In this document: positions 9,652 through 19,311 of the stretch, piece by piece
Layout: each line of letters begins with the position of its first letter
Position numbering within the stretch: the stretch's first letter is position 1
Source of the DNA: Minisyncoccota bacterium
GTDB taxonomy: Bacteria; Patescibacteriota; Minisyncoccia; Phycocordibacterales; UBA9973
DNA: 64,000 bases
Direction of reading: 5' to 3'
NCBI GenBank assembly: GCA_041663185.1
Contig: JBAZQY010000001.1
Coordinates: 233,087-297,086 of the forward strand
The notes under the pieces: generated by a model
Database searches by the model: none
What the model was told of the DNA's origin: nothing
The model's input: the letters and a program-made list of their open reading frames with translations, nothing else
Made by a program: the position numbers and the translations under genes

Positions 9652-10119
9652 CTATATAGAATTATCAACATATTTTATAACAACCCGACGATTCGGACCA
9701 TAACCCTCTGATTCCGTTTTTATATCTTTTGCTCCTTCCAAGAACATATGGATGATTCTTCTTTCGTAGGCAGGCATTGGATCAACTTCAATGTTGCTTT
9801 TAAAATATCTAGCCCGTTCGGCCATCATATGGGCGATATTTTTTAAATTCTCAAAACGCTTTTTTTGATAACCATTAACATCAATAAATATATTGGGGCC
9901 TTTTTCTTCTTCTTTTAATCCTTTTTCTATAATTTTTTGAACAAGATGATTCAAAGAGCGAAGAGTCTCGCCATCTCTTCCAATAATAAACCCCGAATCC
10001 GGAGTTTCGATCATACACCAAGTCATACCTCCCTCATCGGAGAATTCACACCGAGAAATAGCACATGAGGTGTGTTTAAAAATCTGTTCTATTGTCTCTT
10101 TTATCTTATCTTTATACAT
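9652..10119 (-). CDS. jag: Jag/KhpB RNA-binding protein (KH + R3H domains)
   Basis: R3H signature ERRIIHMFL and GYGPNRRVVIKY; lies downstream of yidC as in the canonical oriC locus. Confidence 0.75.
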   Translation of the reverse strand: MYKDKIKETIEQIFKHTSCAISRCEFSDEGGMTWCMIETPDSGFIIGRDGETLRSLNHLVQKIIEKGLKEEEKGPNIFIDVNGYQKKRFENLKNIAHMMAERARYFKSNIEVDPMPAYERRIIHMFLEGAKDIKTESEGYGPNRRVVIKYVDNSI

Positions 10120-10124
10120 AAAAA

Positions 10125-10886
10125 TTAATTTGGGGTGTGTGTCAATTTACGACGGATATACCATTCTTGAACGATAGTAAATATATTACTCACAATCCAA
10201 TATAATGCAACTGCGGCTGATATTTTCCAAGCAATAAAAGCAATAAAAACCGGTAAAATATATTTAACATTCATTTGCATGCTTTCAGAGAGTTGTTCTT
10301 GAAACGTCTTTGGGGCTGGGACTTCTGTTGTTCCTTTTACAATTTCAACCTTTGGTTTAACTGGTGATGATAAATAACCTTGAATAAACTGAGTCACCCC
10401 AGCAAAAATACCGAGGAAAAGGCTCTTACTTCCCATTTCTATTAAACCAAGGAAATTGGTGTGCAAACTATCTGGTGTTTGGATAAATGAGTATATCAGA
10501 CTTGGATCAACCGCAAATGGTTTATAAAAAACATAATACAACGCAAAAATAACCGGGAGTTGAAGAATAACGACCAAACAACCAGAAAATGGATTTGTCC
10601 CATATTTTTTATATAATTCAAAGGTTTTTTTAGCTTGTTCTTCTTTATTGGGGAAATCTTTTTTAATCTGCTTAAGCTCGGGTTCCATTTTTTTCATTAA
10701 TATTTGGCTTTTAATGGACTTGCGGGTAAGGGGAGCAAGTATTAATTTTACGATTATTGTCACTAAAATAATAGCAAAACCAACATCACCAAAAGTGATA
10801 TTGTCTATTATAAATATAAGAATATTGTATATGGGTTGGTAAAAGACACTATTCCACAGAGCTTGCATTTCCCTATTGTAGCACAA
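10125..10886 (-). CDS. yidC: membrane protein insertase YidC (short form)
   Basis: multi-TM with PFSGCLVVILQLPVIFALYYVF; position in the rnpA-yidD-yidC-jag order. Confidence 0.85.
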   Translation of the reverse strand: MCYNREMQALWNSVFYQPIYNILIFIIDNITFGDVGFAIILVTIIVKLILAPLTRKSIKSQILMKKMEPELKQIKKDFPNKEEQAKKTFELYKKYGTNPFSGCLVVILQLPVIFALYYVFYKPFAVDPSLIYSFIQTPDSLHTNFLGLIEMGSKSLFLGIFAGVTQFIQGYLSSPVKPKVEIVKGTTEVPAPKTFQEQLSESMQMNVKYILPVFIAFIAWKISAAVALYWIVSNIFTIVQEWYIRRKLTHTPN

Positions 10887-10984
10887 GGAAGCAAAAAGTA
10901 GAAAGTAGTATGTAGAAAGATTGGTTTGAAATATTTTATATTATGTTTTTGTTTTTTCCCTTACTACCTACTACTTACTACCTA
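10887..10984 (+). repeat. third copy of the GTAGTA/CTACTA palindromic element
   Basis: aagcaaaaagtagaaagtagtatgtagaaag ... cccttactacctactacttactacctattac between yidC and yidD. Confidence 0.55.
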
Positions 10985-11191
10985 TTACTTAATTGGGTCG
11001 TAATGATTTTTTTGCCAAGGATGACAACGAGAGATCCGAACAACACCCCGCCAAAGGCCAGTCCAGACTCCATATTTTAAAATGGCTTGTTTAGTATATT
11101 CTGAGCAGGTTGGCAAAAAGACACAAGATGAGTGAGATCGAAGTGGTATTTTTTGATAAATATTTATTAACCAAAGTAATATTTTTTTCAC
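10985..11191 (-). CDS. yidD: membrane protein insertion efficiency factor YidD
   Basis: FLPTCSEYT ... RCHPW signature. Confidence 0.8.
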   Translation of the reverse strand: MKKILLWLINIYQKIPLRSHSSCVFLPTCSEYTKQAILKYGVWTGLWRGVVRISRCHPWQKNHYDPIK

Positions 11192-11208
11192 TTAATTATA
11201 AAAATTTA

Positions 11209-11532
11209 TTATTTAATAAAGTGAGTTTTTTCTAAAATAAAAACTATATCTTCTTTAATTTCTTTAGCGCCAACAAAAAGAGCTTGTTTTTTATAAAAAA
11301 ATATTCCACTTCCACCTAAAATAGGAATGGAGCGTAAGACATTGTAACCAATTCTTCTGAATTTATTTCTCTTAACAGCGTTTTTAAAAATACCCTTAGG
11401 GGTCACAAAAGCAAAACTCGGTCCACCGCTGTTTTTAAAAGAAAAAGAAAAAAGGCTAGTTGAAAAAGTTTTTCCCTCTTTTAATAATAGTTGGAAATCT
11501 TTTTTTGTCAGCCTCTTTTTTTTTGAAAGCAT
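11209..11532 (-). CDS. rnpA: RNase P protein component
   Basis: KNAVKRNKFRR motif; located between rpmH and yidD. Confidence 0.8.
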   Translation of the reverse strand: MLSKKKRLTKKDFQLLLKEGKTFSTSLFSFSFKNSGGPSFAFVTPKGIFKNAVKRNKFRRIGYNVLRSIPILGGSGIFFYKKQALFVGAKEIKEDIVFILEKTHFIK

Positions 11533-11534
11533 AT

Positions 11535-11675
11535 TTATTTTTTTATTGACACATTGACTCTACCTTTTCGGCGACGAGCAGTATTTACCCTTCTACCATT
11601 TTGTGTTTTGTTGCGAACAAGAAAGCCGTGAGTCTTGGCTCTTTTTCTTCTATTTGGTTGATATGTTTGAGACAT
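11535..11675 (-). CDS. rpmH: 50S ribosomal protein L34
   Basis: minus-strand translation [46 protein letters not shown]; below the ORF-track size cutoff. Confidence 0.85.
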   Translation of the reverse strand: MSQTYQPNRRKRAKTHGFLVRNKTQNGRRVNTARRRKGRVNVSIKK

Positions 11676-11801
11676 AAGGGCAATATATACTATTTAAGCT
11701 AATATTGCAATCTCTATCATAAAACATATCCACACGATATCAACATATTAATTAAGGTATTTTATTGTTGGAGAATTAAAAAACAATGTATAATACGCAC
11801 T

Positions 11802-13169
11802 ATGAATAACACAAGAGAGCTTTGGAACCGATGTTTAGGAGAAATTGAACTAAGTATTTCAAAGGCTAATTTTACTACTTGGTTTAAAAATACTTCAATC
11901 ATTAAAGAAGATGCTGGGGTAATATATGTCGGTGTCCCAAATGAATTCGTTAAAGATTGGCTGTATAACAAATTTCATAAACTTATCCTCAAAACCCTGA
12001 TTAGTAATGAGGAAAACATCAGAAATGTTGAATATATAATACACAAACAGGAACAAAAATATGAACAAGCTATTAAAAACAGTGACATTGTTAATATAAA
12101 ATCTCCAATAAGCAATAACAAAGAACTTCCGTTGAATGATTTATATATTAATAAAGAAGACAACTTAAATCCAAAATATAATTTTAATTCTTTTATTGTT
12201 GGTCCTTTTAATGAGTTGGCTTACGCTGTAGCACAAGCCATAATTGCAAACCCTGGACAAAACTACAACCCATTTTTTGTTTATGGTGGAACTGGTTTGG
12301 GTAAAACCCATATGATTGAAGCAATAGGGAACACAATAAAAATCAAACATCCAGGTAAAAAAGTTTATTATGTTAGTTTGGAAAAATTTGCAATTGATTA
12401 TATTAATTCAATTCAAAACAAAAACCCAAACTCCTTTAAAGAAAAGTATCGTAAATATGATGTTATTATTATGGATGATATTCAATTTATTTCCGGTAAA
12501 GACAAAACCCAAGAAGAATTATTCCATCTTTTTAATACCTTATATGAAAACAATAAACAAATAATCTTCTCTTCTGATAAGCACCCAAACTTTATCCAGG
12601 GATTAGAAGAAAGACTCCAGTCGCGCTTTGCTTCTGGAATGACTGTTCAGATAGTTGAACCAGATTATGAATCTCGTGTCGCAATTATAAAAGCAAAATT
12701 CGAATCGAGTAGTTGTATTATGGAACCAGAAGCTATTTCCTATTTAGCTGAAGCTTTAAATGGAAATATCCGTGAGCTAGAAGGAAGTTTAAATACCATC
12801 ATCTGTCAATCACAACTAAAAAATAAGTCTTTAACCCTACTAGAAATCAAAACCCTTATTAAAAACAATATCCGACCCAAAAAGACTGTGGCGATTAAAG
12901 ACATTGTCCAAATTGTCGCTGATCAATATGGAATTCCCGAGGAGGTCATCTATGAGAAAACAAGAAGAAAAGAAATTGTCCGAGCTCGTCAGGTTGCAAT
13001 GTATTTATTACGAGAAGATTTTAATGTTTCCTATCCACTTATAGGTAAAAAGTTGGGGGACAGAGATCATACAACTGTTATTCACTCACACCTAAAAATA
13101 AAAAGTGATTTAAAAACTGACCCATCATTATTACAAGAGATTGAAAAAATAAGAATTATGTTTAAGTAG
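11802..13169 (+). CDS. dnaA: chromosomal replication initiator DnaA
   Basis: Walker A GGTGLGKTH; domain IV ARQVAMYLLRE ... DHTTVIHS. Confidence 0.95.
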   Translation: MNNTRELWNRCLGEIELSISKANFTTWFKNTSIIKEDAGVIYVGVPNEFVKDWLYNKFHKLILKTLISNEENIRNVEYIIHKQEQKYEQAIKNSDIVNIKSPISNNKELPLNDLYINKEDNLNPKYNFNSFIVGPFNELAYAVAQAIIANPGQNYNPFFVYGGTGLGKTHMIEAIGNTIKIKHPGKKVYYVSLEKFAIDYINSIQNKNPNSFKEKYRKYDVIIMDDIQFISGKDKTQEELFHLFNTLYENNKQIIFSSDKHPNFIQGLEERLQSRFASGMTVQIVEPDYESRVAIIKAKFESSSCIMEPEAISYLAEALNGNIRELEGSLNTIICQSQLKNKSLTLLEIKTLIKNNIRPKKTVAIKDIVQIVADQYGIPEEVIYEKTRRKEIVRARQVAMYLLREDFNVSYPLIGKKLGDRDHTTVIHSHLKIKSDLKTDPSLLQEIEKIRIMFK

Positions 13170-13382
13170 TGGTAATAAGTCTGTTGAAAACTTGGGTTTA
13201 TAAAAAAATAATTTGTGGAAAAAAAATCATTTATAAAAAAATAAAAAGTAATTAACAAATTAAATTAAAAACAAAAAAAATAAAACAAAAAATATCTTTA
13301 TATTAAAAGACAAAAAAGAAATCCACATATTAACACCCATAATAATAGTAGTAAGTATTAATAAGATAATTTATAACATATT
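13170..13382. promoter_or_regulatory. candidate oriC: AT-rich dnaA-dnaN spacer with DnaA-box-like 9-mers
   Basis: tttgtggaaaa (revcomp TTTTCCACA) and aaatccaca; long A/T tracts; a further tatccaca lies upstream of dnaA near 11727. Confidence 0.5.
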
Positions 13383-14480
13383 ATGAAAATAGAATGCTCC
13401 ATAGATAAAATAAAAAATGCCCTAATCTCTGTTGAAAGAATAACCGGAAAAAACTTAACCCTCCCGGTTCTTGGATCAGTACTTTGGGTCGCAACCAACA
13501 AAACACTAAAACTTCGAGCCACGAACCTAAATATTGGAATAGAAGTTGAAATCCCAGCCCGGGTTGAAAAAGAGGGTGTTGTTGCGGTTCGAGGAGATGT
13601 TCTTTCTTCTTTATTTTCTATTTTACAGGGTGATTTAATTGTTAAATTTGAATTAATAAATGGTAATTTACTTGTTAAAACAAAAACTAGTACAATTTTA
13701 CTAAAAAGTATTTCACATGAAGATTTTCCCACAATTCCAATTGTTGAAGGGGAGAAACTTTTGGTTCCGAGTAAAAAGTTTATTGAAGGAATAAAATCTG
13801 TTTATTATAGTGCCTCTGTTTCCGAAGTAAAACCAGAAATTGGAAGCGTCTATATTTATCCAGAGGAGGACATGCTGGTCTTTGTTTCCACAGACTCGTT
13901 TCGTTTGGCAGAGAAAAAAATAAAAATAAAACAAAAATTATCTTTTGGTGGAATATTAATTCCATTTAAAAATGTTGTCGAAATTATTAAGGTTTTTGAT
14001 GGAATGAATGATGACATAACTATAACTCTTCAGAAAAATCAAATTTCTTTTAAAACAGAAAATATATATTTAACCTCACGCGTTGTTGATGGAAGCTTTC
14101 CTGATTATAAACAAATCATTCCCAAAAACCCCACCACCAAATCAGTTGTTTTAAAACAAGATTTTATTTCCTCACTTAAAATTTCTAATATTTTTTCCGA
14201 TAAATTCAATCAAATTGTTTTAACCATTAGACCAGAAGAAAAAATTTTTGAAGTTGAATCTAAAAATACTGATATTGGAGAAAACACCACCCTTCTGGCT
14301 GGAGCTCTATCTGGAGAAGATGTATCGGCCAATTTTAATTATAAATATGTCCTAGATTGTTTTCAATCAATTGCTGGAGATAGTTTAAGTATTGAATTGA
14401 GTGGTAATAGTAAACCAATGATTATTAGAGGTGTCGGCGACCCATCATTTATGTATTTGGTCATGCCGATGAATCGATAA
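13383..14480 (+). CDS. dnaN: DNA polymerase III beta sliding clamp
   Basis: 365 aa; position after dnaA; three-domain clamp length and an N-terminal region typical of DnaN. Confidence 0.9.
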   Translation: MKIECSIDKIKNALISVERITGKNLTLPVLGSVLWVATNKTLKLRATNLNIGIEVEIPARVEKEGVVAVRGDVLSSLFSILQGDLIVKFELINGNLLVKTKTSTILLKSISHEDFPTIPIVEGEKLLVPSKKFIEGIKSVYYSASVSEVKPEIGSVYIYPEEDMLVFVSTDSFRLAEKKIKIKQKLSFGGILIPFKNVVEIIKVFDGMNDDITITLQKNQISFKTENIYLTSRVVDGSFPDYKQIIPKNPTTKSVVLKQDFISSLKISNIFSDKFNQIVLTIRPEEKIFEVESKNTDIGENTTLLAGALSGEDVSANFNYKYVLDCFQSIAGDSLSIELSGNSKPMIIRGVGDPSFMYLVMPMNR

Positions 14481-14486
14481 AATACT

Positions 14487-14750
14487 ATGGACTACAACCA
14501 CATAACAAGTTTTTTAGATAAGTTTAAAAAACTACTTTTTCAAAAAGAGGAAATTAAAAAAATTGTAACCCAAACAATAAGAGAAGAAATTAATCATCAA
14601 GTAGATGATAATTTAATAAAAATAAAAGATGGTTACATTTTTATACAAGTATCCCCGGTTCTTCGTAGTGAAATTATGATTCATAAACAAAGAATTTTAA
14701 TAAAACTAAAATCACTCGTGCCTGACATCAACTTTTTAGATATTAAATAG
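14487..14750 (+). CDS. small DUF721/DciA-like protein
   Basis: 87 aa immediately after dnaN; IKIKDGYIFIQVSPVLRSEIMIHKQRIL pattern. Confidence 0.45.
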   Translation: MDYNHITSFLDKFKKLLFQKEEIKKIVTQTIREEINHQVDDNLIKIKDGYIFIQVSPVLRSEIMIHKQRILIKLKSLVPDINFLDIK

Positions 14751-14775
14751 TTGATAATATTTTCAATAAATAAGA

Positions 14776-17274
14776 TTACATATTTACCCCAAAAGATAGA
14801 GTCTTTTCTCCAACATTCCCCATATTATCGACACCAACAATTCGGAGGGTATTGATGCTTGAGATGTTTGCTATATTGTTCGGAGTAAATGATGTTATAA
14901 ATGGATATGTTTTTAGTGAGGTTAGATAAGTATTATTAACAAAAACATCAATTTTTTTCATCGGATATTTACTAATTGCATTAATTGAAACAACCACGTT
15001 TTCGTCTTTTAAATATGTTTTATTTTCAATTCCTAAAATATTAAGAATTGGTCTGGATTCGAGGGTGTGGACAGTATCATAAGTTGTTGGCCGGTTTGAT
15101 TCTGTCACTATTTTATATTTATATTTATTTGCTTGCCACCAATTTTGCACCCCATATTCCCAGTTTTGATATTGAGAATCATTTTGTTGTCCAGATGTTT
15201 TTGTAAGTGGATTCTTTTTATCCATCCAATATAAAATTGAATGAACATTAGTAATTGATATTTCTTTTCTTGTTTCTATTGGAGTATATTCTGTAGCTAA
15301 ATTACCAGAAACAGAATCTATAATAAAAGTATCTCCCCCTTGCCAAAAACCACGAAGAATAGGAGGAATTGATTGATCAATCTCATTTGGTTTTTTAAAG
15401 AATTCTTCCGGTGTAGTTTTTAAGGCTTCAGTCATCACAGCATTCCAGATTGGTCCAGCTAAGGCCGCCCCTCCTTTTTTCATTGGTTTATTGTCGTTAT
15501 TACCCACCCAGACACCAACAGCGACCGAAGGGGTATATCCAATGGTCCAGGCGTCTTTATTGTCGTTTGTCGTACCAGTTTTTACTGCAACCTCTCTTCC
15601 GGGTATTTTTAAAACAGAGTTTGCTCCAAAAGTAGGAGCTCTGGCTACGTCATCTGAGAGAATATTTGAAAGAGTGTATGTTGTATTTGGTTTAATTATT
15701 TCTTGTGGTTTACTCTCATATTCCTCTAAGATAGTTCCACTACTATCGGACACAGAAAGAATTCCCACTGCTTTATTTCTAATTCCTTCATTAGCAAAAA
15801 CACTATAAACTGAAGTCATATCAAGAAGAGTAGTTTCACCACCTCCAATAACAAGAGATAGTCCATATATGTTTGGGTCATTTTTTAGGGTGGTAATGCC
15901 TAGATCATGAGCTATCTTGATTGAGTCAGACACACCAACAAGATATAAAAGCTTAACAGCGATAAGGTTGATAGATTGAGCCAGCCCATCACGAAGAGTC
16001 ATTGGTCCACGGAATCCACCATCATAATTTTCTGGAGTATAACAATTTATTGAAGTTTCTAATCCATTAGGATTACAAGAAGAATTAAATTCTGTTCTGA
16101 CATCAAATAAAGTTGTTTTTTCGGTGTAGCCTTTTTCAAAAGCCAAAGCATAGACAATTGGTTTAAAAGAAGACCCCGGCTGTCTAGCGGCGGTTGCAAC
16201 ATTGAAATTACCATCAATATTTTTATCAAAATAATCACGAGAACCAACCATCGCCAGGATTTGTCCGGTTTTTGGATCAATCACTACAATTGCTGTATTG
16301 TTTCCATTCCAATTCTTTTCATTTTCTTTGGCTTTAGCTATAGCCACTTCTTCTGCTTTTTTTTGTAAATTATAATCAAGGGTTGTTATTATTTTTAAAC
16401 CTCCAACATTCAGTGTATTTGACCCATATCTTTTCTCTAAATAATCTTTAATAAAAAATACAAAGTGTGGAGCTGCAATGTGTGTGGGTTGTTCTGGTAA
16501 AAAGGTTACAACTTCGGCTTTGGCTTTATTGTAATCTTCATCAGAAATAAATTTCAAATCAAACATTCTTTTTAATACAAGATTTTTGCGATCATCAAGT
16601 TTGTTTTTATTTTTACCATATGGTGAATAATAAGAAGGACCATTAGGTAGTGCCGCCAGATAGGCTGCCTCGGCCAAAGTTAAGTCCCTGGGCTGTTTAC
16701 CAAAGAATAATTTAGTCGCTTCTTCAATACCATAAACATTTCCTCCATAAGGGGCTTCGTTTAGGTACAGAGCTAAAATATCATCTTTACTCAAAACTCT
16801 TTCTATTTTGACAGACAGAATCCATTCTTTTATCTTACGAGAAATTGTCACTTCTGGAGTTAAAAGAGTGTTTTTAATTAATTGTTGGGTTATTGTTGAT
16901 CCTCCTTGAATTTTTCGGCCTGTTAATTTAGCCCAAACGGTAGCTCGAAAAATAGACGAGAGACGAATTCCATGGTGTTGATAAAACAGAGAATCTTCAA
17001 TCGCGACAGTAGCATTTAAAATATTAGTCCCCATATCTTCATAGGGGATTATCGTTCTTTTTATCCCTTGATTTACATCATAAAGTAGAATTGTGCCGGT
17101 TCGGTCATATATTTTAGTTGAACTTTGGATTTTTCGCTCAGTAAATGTCTTAAAATCTGGGAGTTTTAGGGTACTTACCCAAATTGTTAAAAAACCAGCA
17201 ATTAATAATCCAATTCCGACAATAATAAAGGCCCAATTTTTAAAAGAATGTTTTTTGGTTCTATTTTTATGCAT
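14776..17274 (-). CDS. class A penicillin-binding protein (PBP1A-type transglycosylase/transpeptidase)
   Basis: N-terminal TM; GT51 motif near ALYLNEAPYGGNVYGIEEA; transpeptidase motifs SSFKP and KTGTT. Confidence 0.9.
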   Translation of the reverse strand: MHKNRTKKHSFKNWAFIIVGIGLLIAGFLTIWVSTLKLPDFKTFTERKIQSSTKIYDRTGTILLYDVNQGIKRTIIPYEDMGTNILNATVAIEDSLFYQHHGIRLSSIFRATVWAKLTGRKIQGGSTITQQLIKNTLLTPEVTISRKIKEWILSVKIERVLSKDDILALYLNEAPYGGNVYGIEEATKLFFGKQPRDLTLAEAAYLAALPNGPSYYSPYGKNKNKLDDRKNLVLKRMFDLKFISDEDYNKAKAEVVTFLPEQPTHIAAPHFVFFIKDYLEKRYGSNTLNVGGLKIITTLDYNLQKKAEEVAIAKAKENEKNWNGNNTAIVVIDPKTGQILAMVGSRDYFDKNIDGNFNVATAARQPGSSFKPIVYALAFEKGYTEKTTLFDVRTEFNSSCNPNGLETSINCYTPENYDGGFRGPMTLRDGLAQSINLIAVKLLYLVGVSDSIKIAHDLGITTLKNDPNIYGLSLVIGGGETTLLDMTSVYSVFANEGIRNKAVGILSVSDSSGTILEEYESKPQEIIKPNTTYTLSNILSDDVARAPTFGANSVLKIPGREVAVKTGTTNDNKDAWTIGYTPSVAVGVWVGNNDNKPMKKGGAALAGPIWNAVMTEALKTTPEEFFKKPNEIDQSIPPILRGFWQGGDTFIIDSVSGNLATEYTPIETRKEISITNVHSILYWMDKKNPLTKTSGQQNDSQYQNWEYGVQNWWQANKYKYKIVTESNRPTTYDTVHTLESRPILNILGIENKTYLKDENVVVSINAISKYPMKKIDVFVNNTYLTSLKTYPFITSFTPNNIANISSINTLRIVGVDNMGNVGEKTLSFGVNM

Positions 17275-17374
17275 TTATCTATCATAACACCCTAAAGTAA
17301 ATTTTCCCACAAGAAAATTACTATGGGGCGGGTACTATATTCTATAAATACTACAAATATGTTAAAGTATAAAT

Positions 17375-18556
17375 ATGAAGATAATCACTGATGAGAAAAA
17401 AATCGACGAGATATTAACCCGCGGGGTTGAAGATATCTTTATAAAAGAAGACTTAAAACAAAAACTTCGTTCAGGTAAACAACTAAGAATTAAGTTAGGG
17501 TTTGATCCAACCGGGTCAAAAATTCATATTGGTAGAGCAATTATTTTACGAAAATTGAGGGCTTTTCAAGAATTAGGCCACCAGATTATTTTTATTGTTG
17601 GAGATTTCACCGCTCAGGTAGGGGATCCCTCTGATAAGCTAGAAAAAAGACCAATGTTGCAAAAAGAGACAATTAAGCAAAATCTAAAAACTTATAAAAA
17701 ACAAGTTGGTAAAATTATTGATTTATCTAAAGCAAAATTTTATTACAACAGCACCTGGCTTAAAAAATTAGGCTTTCAAGAAATTTCAGAGTTAGCTGAA
17801 AGTTTTTCCATTCAACAAATGTCTGCCCGAAGAAATTTCAAAGATAGATTTGAAAAAGGGGAGGAGGTTTCTCTTCGAGAGTTTATGTATCCTCTGATGC
17901 AAGGTTATGATTCAGTAAAAGTTAAAGCCGATGTTGAAATTGGTGGTTTTGATCAACTTTTTAATTTGAAAGCTGGCCGAATTATTCAAAAACATTATGG
18001 ATTACCAGAACAAAATATTTTAACTTGTCAGATGCTTGAAGGGACCGACGGACGAAAAATGTCCACCTCCTGGGGAAACATCATTACTATTGTCGATGAA
18101 CCAAACGATATGTTTGGAAAAATAATGTCCTTAAAAGATGAACTCATCACTAAATATTTTTTATTAACAACCAACATGGATATTGGCGAGATAGAAAAAA
18201 TGAAAAACTCTTTGAAAAACAACGAAAACCCAATGGTTTTTAAGAAAATGCTCGGAAAAGAAATTGTCACCCTATATCATGGAAAAGAAAAAGCAGAAAA
18301 AGCGCAAGTAAATTGGGAAAATGTTTTTTCTAAAAAAGAAATACCTGAAGACGTTTTAGAAGTGGAGAAGGGAGATAAATTTGTAAATGTTTTTTTAAAC
18401 AATAAAATTATTTCTTCTAAAACAGAGTTTCGCCGACTGGTTGATGAAGGGGCGATAACAAATTTAGAAACAGAGGAAAAAATAAAAGATTATGATTCTA
18501 ATGCCACATCTGGAACTTATCGCATTGGTAAAAAAAGATTTATAAGAATTAAATAA
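17375..18556 (+). CDS. tyrS: tyrosine--tRNA ligase
   Basis: HIGH-like HIGR, GDPSDK, GGFDQ, KMSTS motifs. Confidence 0.75.
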   Translation: MKIITDEKKIDEILTRGVEDIFIKEDLKQKLRSGKQLRIKLGFDPTGSKIHIGRAIILRKLRAFQELGHQIIFIVGDFTAQVGDPSDKLEKRPMLQKETIKQNLKTYKKQVGKIIDLSKAKFYYNSTWLKKLGFQEISELAESFSIQQMSARRNFKDRFEKGEEVSLREFMYPLMQGYDSVKVKADVEIGGFDQLFNLKAGRIIQKHYGLPEQNILTCQMLEGTDGRKMSTSWGNIITIVDEPNDMFGKIMSLKDELITKYFLLTTNMDIGEIEKMKNSLKNNENPMVFKKMLGKEIVTLYHGKEKAEKAQVNWENVFSKKEIPEDVLEVEKGDKFVNVFLNNKIISSKTEFRRLVDEGAITNLETEEKIKDYDSNATSGTYRIGKKRFIRIK

Positions 18557-18560
18557 TATA

Positions 18561-18594
18561 AAAACCCCTGGGGTCTTGCCTCAGGGGTTTTTAT
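18561..18594. terminator. bidirectional terminator
   Basis: aaaacccctggggtcttgcctcaggggttttt. Confidence 0.7.
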
Positions 18595-18596
18595 AT

Positions 18597-18755
18597 TTAG
18601 TATTCAGCAGATCCATCTAGCCCAGCAAATTCATCATCAAGTAAATCATCATCTGCTAGGACATCGTCGTCTATTGGCTCACCTAAATCGTCGTCAAGAT
18701 CTGTGTCTTCTTCTAGATCTCCAATTTTTATTTCCTCATCATCATTGTAACTCAT
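18597..18755 (-). CDS. highly acidic 52-aa protein (hypothetical)
   Basis: MSYNDDEEIKIGDLEEDTDLDDDLGEPIDDDVLADDDLLDDEFAGLDGSAEY; last ORF of the ruvB-SDR-ruvC minus-strand string; below the ORF-track cutoff. Confidence 0.3.
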   Translation of the reverse strand: MSYNDDEEIKIGDLEEDTDLDDDLGEPIDDDVLADDDLLDDEFAGLDGSAEY

Positions 18756-18800
18756 ATTAAATAATCTGAATTATTATAATGCATTATTTGTATCAAAATC

Positions 18801-19307
18801 TTATTTCCTTTGCAAGACCTTCCTGGCTGTGGAAAACTTCTCACAAGCCAGACAAGTAAGGCCCACAGCAATAGCGTCTAATTCATCATCAGAATTTATT
18901 TTAACCTTGATATCTATGAGTTTGGGCACCATCGACATTACCATTTCCTTACTGGCTTTACCATACCCAGTTACCGCTACTTTTATCTGGGGAGGAGTAT
19001 ATTCATAAATTTCCAAGTTATTTTTAGAAGCAATATAGATAATAGTTCCACGGGCTTCAGAAACCCCCATAACTGTTTTTTGGTTGGTTGTGAAATACAA
19101 TTTTTCAATTGCTAAAATTACCGGCCTATATTTTTTTATAATTTTTTCTACTTCCGCCCCGATATTTTTTAATCGTTCAGGAAAAGGTATTTTGGCTGAT
19201 GTCTTGAAACATTCTGAATAAATTAAAATGTCTTTCTGAAGATAAGTTTTTTCAATTATCGCAATTCCAACTCTTTCAAACCCAGGATCAATTGATAATA
19301 TTTTCAT
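18801..19307 (-). CDS. ruvC: Holliday junction resolvase RuvC
   Basis: MKILSIDPGFERVGIAII N-terminus. Confidence 0.85.
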   Translation of the reverse strand: MKILSIDPGFERVGIAIIEKTYLQKDILIYSECFKTSAKIPFPERLKNIGAEVEKIIKKYRPVILAIEKLYFTTNQKTVMGVSEARGTIIYIASKNNLEIYEYTPPQIKVAVTGYGKASKEMVMSMVPKLIDIKVKINSDDELDAIAVGLTCLACEKFSTARKVLQRK

Positions 19308-19311
19308 AATC

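Noticed and set aside
10648-10842. 64-aa plus-strand ORF and similar small antisense ORFs inside yidC, dnaA, PBP1A, copA and others
   Set aside because: They are embedded antisense or out-of-frame within strongly supported genes, which is typical of AT-rich stop-poor frames.
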